Source: Thermoproteus sp.
GTDB lineage: Archaea > Thermoproteota > Thermoprotei > Thermoproteales > Thermoproteaceae
NCBI GenBank assembly: GCA_049976425.1
Contig: JBMFIG010000001.1
Span: forward strand, 64,001-128,000
Direction of reading: 5' to 3'
Length of the DNA stretch: 64,000 bases
The notes beneath the pieces are model-generated. The model searched no databases. It worked only from the letters and a program-made list of their open reading frames with translations, and was not told the origin of the DNA. Position numbers and translations under genes: made by a program. Shown piece by piece: positions 56,920 through 64,000 of the stretch. How positions within the stretch are numbered: position 1 is the first letter of the stretch; every line of letters begins with the position of its first letter.

Positions 56920-57455
56920 AGATCGCCGGAGGCCAGCCTCCGGCCCTCATCGAACGCCCTACGGTTCCTCTCGTCTAGCCAGTCAACGCGCCCGTCTATG
57001 CCCAGTAGTTTGGCTAAGTATCCGAGCAACACCGAGTTCTCGTATATCGGGTCGCCTATTTTCATCGCTATATCGAACGCTGGCACCAGCCGCAAGTTCT
57101 TGTAGGTCTGTAGCGCCCTGTAGACCTGCTCTGGGTCGAGGTATCTGCCGGGTATTTGGATGACCCGCTTGTTGACTATTAATACGGTGTTCCCTCCTAT
57201 GTACCTAAACGCCCTCAACGCCTCTAGGGCCTCCATGGCCACCACGTAGTCGGCATCTCCCTCGGACACCACCGGCCCGTATACCCTATCGCCGAGCCTT
57301 ACGTGGACCTCTACAGAGCCTCCGCGTTGGCTCAAGCCGTGGATCTCCGCTATCTTGACGTCGTAGCCCGCCGCCATCGCCGCTCTGCCCAGCCACCTGG
57401 CCAGCGTCATGACTCCCTGGCCTCCCACCCCTACGATGACTACGCTTGTGACCAT
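56889..57455 (-). CDS. iorB: Indolepyruvate ferredoxin oxidoreductase beta subunit
   Basis: GVGGQG, EIHGLSQRGGSV; ATG 57455. Confidence 0.92.
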   Translation of the reverse strand: MVTSVVIVGVGGQGVMTLARWLGRAAMAAGYDVKIAEIHGLSQRGGSVEVHVRLGDRVYGPVVSEGDADYVVAMEALEALRAFRYIGGNTVLIVNKRVIQIPGRYLDPEQVYRALQTYKNLRLVPAFDIAMKIGDPIYENSVLLGYLAKLLGIDGRVDWLDERNRRAFDEGRRLASGDLQLNASSITS

Positions 57456-59227
57456 AGCTCCAACCACTTGCCTACTTTCTCCGGTTCGGTGGGCTTTATG
57501 GCGTCGTAGGGACAGACCTGTGCACACATGGAGCATCCGTTGCAGAGGCTGGGATCTATCCAGGCCTTGCCGTCGGGGAGCTTGGCTATGGCGTAGCATT
57601 TCAACACGTTGTAGCATATGCCGCAGCTCCGGCACTTGTCCGCAACTACGTAGAACTTAGGCGGCTTGAAGCCGGACCTCCTGGCGTGTCTGAGCGCCTC
57701 CAGAGTACACGGCCTTCTGGAGACCACGACGACGGGCTCGCCTGACTTCGCGTCGGCTACTGCGGACTTGGCGATCTCGACGCTCCTCTTGAGATCGGCC
57801 GGGTCGATGACGTAATGCTTGATCCCGACCGCCTCGGCCAGCCTCTCAGCCGGGACCGATCTGCTGGGGCTGGGCTGTCCGCCGGTCATCGCCGTGTATT
57901 CATTATCCATCACGACGAGCACCAGAGGCACTTTCTTCGTCTTGAGGTCGATCAGCTGGGGCAACGCGGCGTGGTAGAACGTGGAGTCCCCCACGGTGGC
58001 CACGACCAGCTTCTCCCTATCGGCCACCGCTATCCCCATGCCCAGGCCGAGGCTAGAGCCCATGTGGGTCGCCAAGTCTTGTTGCCCCGTGTTGATTCCC
58101 AGCGTGTAGCACCCTATATCGCCCGACCAGATCACCTTCTGGCCGGCGCTAGCTATCCTGAAGGCGTAGAAGGTCCCCATGTGGGGACATCCAGGACATA
58201 GATAGGGCGGCCTAGGCGGCGGCTGTAGCGGCGGGGTCGGCGGATCGGGCAACCTCACGCCGAGCCCAAGCGCCCTGGAGATGCCCTCGACGACGGATCT
58301 AAGCGTGAGCTCGCCGATCTTGGGGAAGAACCCGTCGATCTTCCCGCGGGTCTTGACGCCCATGGCGCGGAGTTGCATCTCGACCACGGGATCGCCCTCC
58401 TCGACCACCACGACCTCGCCAGCTCCGATATCGGCCAGCTTCTTGGGGAGAGGAACAGGCATGCCCACCTTCACGACGGCGGCCCTCACGCGCAACCTCT
58501 CGAGCGCCTCCACGGCGTAGAGATACCCAACCCCCGAGGCCACCACCACGATCTCGCCGTCGCCCTCTACTCTGAGAAAACGAGAGGAGAGATCCGCGAA
58601 GGAGTCCCACTTCCTCAATACCTCGGCTTTCCTGCGCCGGGCGTTCTGCGGCACGAGGACGTACCTCTCGACGTTCCGCGCGAACTTGCCGAACTTGGGC
58701 GGAGCCGGCGGCTCCACGACAACCGGCGCCCTCACGTGGCTCACCCTCGTGACGCTCCGGAGGATGACAGGGTGCTCCAAGGCCTCGCTCAGCATAAGGC
58801 CCTCCTTGGCCATCTCGAAGGCCTCCTGGGGGTCGGCGGGCTCCAACACAGGTATGTAGGACTGGAGGCCGTACCATCTGGTATCCTGCTCGTTCTGGGA
58901 CGACCACATATTGGGATCGTCGGCGGTGACTATCAGGAGGCCCCCCACCACGCCCGTATAGGCCGCGCTGTGTAGCGGATCGGCAGCCACGTTGAGGCCC
59001 ACGTGCTTCATGGCCGCCAGCGCTCTGGCGCCGGCCAACGCCGCGCCATAAGCCATCTCCACCGCCGTCTTCTCGTTGGAGGCCCATTGCACGAACCTAT
59101 CTCTGTACTCCAATAGGGTCTCTATTATTTCCGAAGACGGTGTGCCGGGATAGCCGGCGGCGACGGCGACGCCGGCAGAGAGGGCGCCGTAGGCTATGGC
59201 CTCGTTGCCTAAAAGCAGATGCCTCAT
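57440..59227 (-). CDS. iorA: Indolepyruvate ferredoxin oxidoreductase alpha subunit
   Basis: LLGNEAIA, GYPGTPSSEI, SSQNEQD, CPGCPH, GDSTFYH, C-terminal ferredoxin. Confidence 0.95.
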   Translation of the reverse strand: MRHLLLGNEAIAYGALSAGVAVAAGYPGTPSSEIIETLLEYRDRFVQWASNEKTAVEMAYGAALAGARALAAMKHVGLNVAADPLHSAAYTGVVGGLLIVTADDPNMWSSQNEQDTRWYGLQSYIPVLEPADPQEAFEMAKEGLMLSEALEHPVILRSVTRVSHVRAPVVVEPPAPPKFGKFARNVERYVLVPQNARRRKAEVLRKWDSFADLSSRFLRVEGDGEIVVVASGVGYLYAVEALERLRVRAAVVKVGMPVPLPKKLADIGAGEVVVVEEGDPVVEMQLRAMGVKTRGKIDGFFPKIGELTLRSVVEGISRALGLGVRLPDPPTPPLQPPPRPPYLCPGCPHMGTFYAFRIASAGQKVIWSGDIGCYTLGINTGQQDLATHMGSSLGLGMGIAVADREKLVVATVGDSTFYHAALPQLIDLKTKKVPLVLVVMDNEYTAMTGGQPSPSRSVPAERLAEAVGIKHYVIDPADLKRSVEIAKSAVADAKSGEPVVVVSRRPCTLEALRHARRSGFKPPKFYVVADKCRSCGICYNVLKCYAIAKLPDGKAWIDPSLCNGCSMCAQVCPYDAIKPTEPEKVGKWLELWSQA

Positions 59228-59326
59228 AAATAAATAGATATATATAGCTTATAAACTTATCCATATCGCCGACGCTCGGCACCCGCCGCGGCTCATGCTT
59301 ATATACTTCCCACTAACTCGTATGGG

Positions 59327-59596
59327 ATGAGATTCTGCCCGAAGGATGGCACCTTGATGGTGCCTGTGAGGAAGGACGGGCAGACCGTCTTGAAATGCCC
59401 CAAGTGCGGCTATGAGGTGAGGCTGACCGAGAGGGACAAAAAAGCGTACAGCGTCAAGACGACGGTGTCTGAGGACAAGAAGCGCGGCGTCATGACCGCC
59501 GCCGAGACGAGCGCTGAAGTGGATCAGGAGGAGCTCGAAGAGTTGAGGAAGCAGTTGTTGGAGAACCTCCAGGAGGGGGAAGAGGGGGAGGACTAG
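59327..59596 (+). CDS. TFS/RpoM paralog with N-terminal Zn ribbon only and acidic helical tail
   Basis: MRFCPKDG...LKCPKCGYE; no C-terminal QTRxADE ribbon. Confidence 0.8.
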   Translation: MRFCPKDGTLMVPVRKDGQTVLKCPKCGYEVRLTERDKKAYSVKTTVSEDKKRGVMTAAETSAEVDQEELEELRKQLLENLQEGEEGED

Positions 59597-59628
59597 CGTT
59601 TTTAACCGGTCGGTTTGTCTGAGGCGTT

Positions 59629-61395
59629 ATGAGGATAGCGGTAGTAGATCGCGATTCTTGCGATCCCAAGAAATGCGGCCATGAGTGTATAAAGTACTGT
59701 CCCGTGAACAAGAGCGGCAAGGTTATCTGGATAGACGAAAATACTGGCAAGGCGGTCATATCGGAGAAGCTGTGTATAGGGTGCGGCATCTGTGTCCATA
59801 AATGCCCGTTCTCGGCGATAACCATAACCAATCTGCCGGAGGAGCTCGAGACGGATTGCGTGCACAGATACTTCCCCGGCGGCTTTAAGCTCTACAGGCT
59901 TCCCATGTTGAGGAAGGGCAGTATAGTCGGCGTGATGGGGCGCAACGCGTTGGGCAAGACAACCATAGCGCGGATACTCGCGGGGGAGCTGATCCCGAAC
60001 CTCTGCAGGGAGGGGGGAGCCGAGCCTGCCGAGGTGGTCAAGTCGTTTAGAGGCACCGAGCTCCAGACGTTCCTCTCGGAGCTCTACGGCAAGAGGCTGA
60101 GGGCCGTGCACAAGATACAGTATATAGAGCTCATACCTATGTACCTAAAAGGCACCGTCAAGGAGATCGCCGAGAGGGCGAAGATACCGCAGAGCTTGAT
60201 GGAGAGGCTCGGCCTCTCCAAGCTCGCCGATAGGGACATCTCCCATTTGTCCGGAGGCGAACTACAGAAGCTGGCGATAGCAGCGGCGCTGGCCAAGGAC
60301 GCCGACGTCTACATCTTCGACGAGCCGGCCACCCACCTGGACATAGTCGAGAGGCTCAAGGTCGCCTCGATTATGAGGGAGAAGGTCGAGGGGAAATACG
60401 CCGTGGTGGTGGAGCACGACCTGACAGTCCTCGACTATCTAGCGGACATAGCAGTAGTCCTCTACGGGAAGCCGGGGGCCTACGGCATAGTGTCCAGGCC
60501 GGCGGGGGCGAGGGAGGCTGTCAACGAGTACCTCAAGGGATTCTTGACGCATGAGAACTTGCGTATAAGGGACGAGCCCATAAAGTTCGAGTCGAGGCCG
60601 CCGGAGCGGAGGGCCTCGCGGCAGAGGGCCTTGAGCCAATGGACCGACCTACTCGTGGAGCTCGGCTCTTTCAAGCTGAGGGTCAAGGAGGGCTATATAG
60701 GGAGGGGGGAGGTCGTGGGCGTCATAGGGCCTAACGGGGTGGGCAAGACCACCTTCGTGAGGACCTTGGTGGGCGAGGTGAAGCCGGCGGAGGGCGAGGT
60801 GTACTCGGCGCCTTCCATAAGCTACAAGCCGCAATACATAAGGGACATAGCGGTGAGGAACTCCGAGGTGCCCGTGAGGCTGTGGCTCGCCAAGGAGGCT
60901 CAGGACTACGCCGATTCGCCGATATGGCCCGACGTGTCCTCCGGCCTCGGCCTCTCTGCAATACTAGATAAGAAGATGGGCGAGCTCTCCGGCGGCGAGC
61001 TCCAGAGGGTTGTGGTGGCCGCCGCGTTGTTGAGACGCGCTGACCTCTACGTGTTGGACGAGCCCATGGCCTACCTAGACGTGGAGCAGAGGATATCAGT
61101 GGCGAGGACCATAAGGCGAATAATTGAGGAGAGCGAATCGGCCGCGCTCGTAGTCGAACACGACGTAGCCATGCTCGACTACATGTCCAACTCCATAATG
61201 CCGTTCGTAGGGGATCCAGGCGTCGAGGGATATGCCGAGGGACCGTTGGACATGAGGACGGGCATGAACGTATTCCTGAAATGGGTAGACGTAACGTTCA
61301 GAAGAGAGCCGACTACCGGCAGGCCGAGGGTCAACAAGCCGGGCTCCGTGCTGGATAGAGAACAGAAAGAGAGGGGGGAGTACTACTACGCCTAA
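59629..61395 (+). CDS. Ribosome recycling ATPase ABCE1/RLI
   Basis: N-terminal 2x[4Fe-4S], two ABC domains (LSGGELQ twice), TFRRE..GRPRVNKPGS. Confidence 0.97.
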   Translation: MRIAVVDRDSCDPKKCGHECIKYCPVNKSGKVIWIDENTGKAVISEKLCIGCGICVHKCPFSAITITNLPEELETDCVHRYFPGGFKLYRLPMLRKGSIVGVMGRNALGKTTIARILAGELIPNLCREGGAEPAEVVKSFRGTELQTFLSELYGKRLRAVHKIQYIELIPMYLKGTVKEIAERAKIPQSLMERLGLSKLADRDISHLSGGELQKLAIAAALAKDADVYIFDEPATHLDIVERLKVASIMREKVEGKYAVVVEHDLTVLDYLADIAVVLYGKPGAYGIVSRPAGAREAVNEYLKGFLTHENLRIRDEPIKFESRPPERRASRQRALSQWTDLLVELGSFKLRVKEGYIGRGEVVGVIGPNGVGKTTFVRTLVGEVKPAEGEVYSAPSISYKPQYIRDIAVRNSEVPVRLWLAKEAQDYADSPIWPDVSSGLGLSAILDKKMGELSGGELQRVVVAAALLRRADLYVLDEPMAYLDVEQRISVARTIRRIIEESESAALVVEHDVAMLDYMSNSIMPFVGDPGVEGYAEGPLDMRTGMNVFLKWVDVTFRREPTTGRPRVNKPGSVLDREQKERGEYYYA

Positions 61396-61474
61396 TATCT
61401 ACCGACGCGCGGCGCCGCGGTCTAGACGCACGCGCTGGCCGGCGAATGTTTTATTTCCGCGGATCTGGAGAGCC

Positions 61475-61939
61475 ATGCCCTTCATCTACGGCATCTTGCC
61501 CCCGATAGCCACGCTTAGGCCCTTCGAGGGGGTTATGCCGGTCAAGCCGCATATTACCATCCTCAAGGTGAGGGAGCCTAAGGTCGTCGATGTGAGGCTT
61601 AGGCCGTTCACGGCGCGGCTCGGCGACGTGGTGCTTCTTCCCAGCAGGTCGAGGCCGCGCTATATCGCCCTATCCGTCGAGCCGTTCTCGGAGCTCCTCG
61701 CCTTAAGGAAGGCGCTTGAGGCGCTTCTGGGCGATACAGTGGAGGAGAAGCACGGCGATTTCAAGCCCCATCTCTCCGTCTACTCGATCAGACTGAAGAA
61801 CCCCGCCGTAGAGGATCTGGCGCCGGCGATAGAGGAGGCTAGGTCTCTACGCGGCTCAGCCTTCGAGGTACGCGCCGTCAGCTTGATAGATACCACAGGA
61901 GGCGAGTATAGGCCAATACATACGGTGGAGTTCAGATAG
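61475..61939 (+). CDS. 2H phosphoesterase family protein
   Basis: Two HxT/S motifs: PHITI and PHLSV. Confidence 0.75.
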   Translation: MPFIYGILPPIATLRPFEGVMPVKPHITILKVREPKVVDVRLRPFTARLGDVVLLPSRSRPRYIALSVEPFSELLALRKALEALLGDTVEEKHGDFKPHLSVYSIRLKNPAVEDLAPAIEEARSLRGSAFEVRAVSLIDTTGGEYRPIHTVEFR

Positions 61940-61941
61940 CT

Positions 61942-62304
61942 ATGGTTGATCAGGCCGACCGGACTCCGTCTAGACGCGGCGCCGAGCCCGAGCGCTGTCC
62001 GTGCGACAGACACGACGACGCGGCCGCGTATGTGCGCGGCCTATTCGAGCGCATCGGCGAGTTCTTCGACCCGGATCCACATGTGGAGAGGAACCTCATC
62101 GTAGTGTTTAGGGACCCGCCTAGGTGTCTCGCTAGATGTCTGGAGTTGCTCGGGATAGGGAACATGGAGACGTCGGACGAGAGAGGATCTGCGAGGTACG
62201 TGGTGATCTACGAGGTGGATGCGGTGAGGAGGTTCCTCGCGGTGGTGAGGCCCTCTATCCCCGACGTGGAGCCTCTGGCGAGGAAAATAGCTGGGTACAG
62301 ATGA
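61942..62304 (+). CDS. Hypothetical protein with degenerate LAGLIDADG-like domain
   Basis: AYVRGLFERIG, CLELLGI, YVVIY..DAVRRFL..V.P. Confidence 0.45.
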   Translation: MVDQADRTPSRRGAEPERCPCDRHDDAAAYVRGLFERIGEFFDPDPHVERNLIVVFRDPPRCLARCLELLGIGNMETSDERGSARYVVIYEVDAVRRFLAVVRPSIPDVEPLARKIAGYR

Positions 62305-62918
62305 TAGCCGATTTAGTCCTCGACGTGCTGAACTACGTAGGGATAGTGGCCTTCGCCGTGTCGGGTGCGCTCAAGGCGGGGGAGAAGGGCATGGACCTGC
62401 TGGGCTTTATAGTGCTGGGGTTCTCGACGGCGCTGGCCGGCGGCATAATAAGAGACGTCTTGTTGAGCCGTCTGCCGCCGGTCAATATAACCTATCTGCC
62501 GTACCAGCTGACGGCCATATCGGCCTCCGTGGCTACCTTCGTCTTTTACGATAAGGTGAGCAGACACAGAGACGTAGTGCTGTACCCCGACGCCGTTGGG
62601 CTGGGCGCATTCGCGGCCATAGGCGCTGATGTGGCCCTCAGAGCGGGCCTCAACCCGCTCGCTGTGATAGCCATGGCCGCCATAACGGCGGCTGGCGGCG
62701 GCGTCGTGAGGGACGTGCTGGCCGCGGAGATACCGGTGGTGTTGAGGCGGGAGATATACGCCACAGCCGCCGCGATCGGGGGCGGCATCTACATGCTTCT
62801 CTACTATTCGTTGGGCAGAGGCCCCGCTTTGCTGGGCACCACAGCTATTGTGGTGGCCCTGAGGCTTGCGTCTCTGCGCTACGGCTGGGAGTTGCCCAAG
62901 GTTAAGAACATGGCCTAA
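62301..62918 (+). CDS. TRIC channel / UPF0126 membrane protein
   Basis: GIVAFAVSGA, AGGIIRDVLL, DAVGLG.F, GGGVVRDVL, EIYA; ATG 62301. Confidence 0.9.
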   Translation: MIADLVLDVLNYVGIVAFAVSGALKAGEKGMDLLGFIVLGFSTALAGGIIRDVLLSRLPPVNITYLPYQLTAISASVATFVFYDKVSRHRDVVLYPDAVGLGAFAAIGADVALRAGLNPLAVIAMAAITAAGGGVVRDVLAAEIPVVLRREIYATAAAIGGGIYMLLYYSLGRGPALLGTTAIVVALRLASLRYGWELPKVKNMA

Positions 62919-63579
62919 GGGCCAGCAGTTTGGCCAAGCCGCGGGGAGCCACGGCGCCGCCGTCGACGGCCACATCCTCTATCAGACATCGCGGCTCGCC
63001 GCGGGTTGCTATGGCGAAGCCTGCCTGGCTGAGCGCCTGGAGCGGATGTAGATCCTCGGGCCTGCCCGAAGGCGAATACGGAACGACGCACATGGTGTCC
63101 AAATCGATCACTCTCCTCACCCCTTTATTGATCACTAGATACAGCGGCGCCTTTGCGGAGGCCGCTATGGCGTTGTTTGGGGGTATGCGGTAGGGCCTTC
63201 CGTAGAGAGACAGGCGGGGGTTCTCGACGAATATCGCCGCGCCTAGATCGCACGTGGTCTTGCCTATGCCCAACATTAATACCCTTTGTAGGGCCAAGGC
63301 ATCTACGTGGTCCATATCGGCGAACAGCTCCGCTATCCTCAACAAGAGATGTTGCTCGTCTATCAAGCCCCGCCGTAGTTGAAGTACATATGCATATATA
63401 GCCTCGGCCAGCCTCTGATCCCCGACGCGCGCCCATGTGTTGACGGCCTTCTCGAGCATCTCGGGAGCCTCGGAAAATACAAGCGCCGAAAGGAAAAGCC
63501 TAGGCTCTTCAACGACCTTGCTCAAGCCCTCCTTGTCGGCTATAGGCCCTCCATCGGGGTGATCCACATATGCTATCAT
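62902..63579 (-). CDS. Hypothetical protein
   Basis: 225-aa ORF overlapping the upstream gene stop; no motif recognised. Confidence 0.55.
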   Translation of the reverse strand: MIAYVDHPDGGPIADKEGLSKVVEEPRLFLSALVFSEAPEMLEKAVNTWARVGDQRLAEAIYAYVLQLRRGLIDEQHLLLRIAELFADMDHVDALALQRVLMLGIGKTTCDLGAAIFVENPRLSLYGRPYRIPPNNAIAASAKAPLYLVINKGVRRVIDLDTMCVVPYSPSGRPEDLHPLQALSQAGFAIATRGEPRCLIEDVAVDGGAVAPRGLAKLLALRPCS

Positions 63580-63935
63580 CTAAATAGGCTGTTGCGTCTA
63601 TCGACTAATTTATCGAGATCTGCAACAACTTGTAATAATCCATCATAATTCTTCGATTGTATTAAAGAGAAAATATTATTTATTTTATCGAAGATCTCGC
63701 CGTCGATCTCCTCAAGGCGTTCGAGATCGGACGGCTTGCCTCTAGGCGACTTTACCTTCACCGAGATCATGTTGACGGCCTTCAGCGCTCTGCCCAACGA
63801 ATCCAGCGCCTCCTCTCCGACCATCCGCCGCCTTATTGCAGCCTCGGCGTCTTTCAACGCCTTGTATATCTTTTGCCTTATCTCTGGCTCGTCGTCTATA
63901 TCGTCGTATCCAGGAAACACATAGAGGCGCGCCAC
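63576..63935 (-). CDS. Hypothetical helical protein
   Basis: 119-aa ORF with upstream TATA-like TTTAAA; FPGY...L..L.E.D...R pattern. Confidence 0.55.
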   Translation of the reverse strand: MARLYVFPGYDDIDDEPEIRQKIYKALKDAEAAIRRRMVGEEALDSLGRALKAVNMISVKVKSPRGKPSDLERLEEIDGEIFDKINNIFSLIQSKNYDGLLQVVADLDKLVDRRNSLFR

Positions 63936-64000
63936 GAATAAGACCCGCCTTCCCTTTAAATGGATTTTCTAGCAAAATATTTAAGCCAGAATAGTCATAG

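Overview
High-GC archaeal chromosome segment, almost certainly a crenarchaeon of the Thermoproteaceae and most like Thermoproteus. Support: the fba-pfp operon (class I FBP aldolase plus PPi-phosphofructokinase), a tRNA-Arg(CCG) with two non-canonical BHB introns, XPB-Bax1, a Pyrobaculum-type pilin, and many apparently leaderless genes about 25 nt behind TATA boxes. Most of the window is core housekeeping: dtdA, coaD, ilvD, guaA, hisA/B/F, thiolase, Thg1, M32/M28/M20 peptidases, nth, DHS, AglH, aKMT, rps15-DHH-Pcc1-rps3ae, Dim2-Rio1, iorAB, ABCE1. Features the ORF track misses: a 58-aa CDGSH Fe-S protein, the 3' end of a LutB-like gene, one strong and one tentative C/D-box sRNA, the intron-containing tRNA, a decayed IS605/IS607-type end, a permease pseudogene and two single-G frameshifts. 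No CRISPR array, rRNA or intact mobile element was seen. Best leads for undescribed biology: (i) an AT-richer secreted protein with a leukocidin/hemolysin-like beta-pore-forming pattern and a second Cys-containing secreted precursor near orphan ABC-2 permeases; (ii) a Ras-like small GTPase coupled to a membrane/coiled-coil partner behind the N-glycosylation gene aglH; (iii) a tandem-domain surface glycoprotein + ArsR regulator + 3-TM protein module before a MoxR-VWA pair; (iv) an uncharacterised P-loop NTPase/winged-helix pair; (v) an archaeal MYG1-like nuclease; (vi) a stand-alone LAGLIDADG-like protein; (vii) recurrent short AT-rich islands inside GC-rich ORFs. All family calls come from motif recognition by eye, not database searches.
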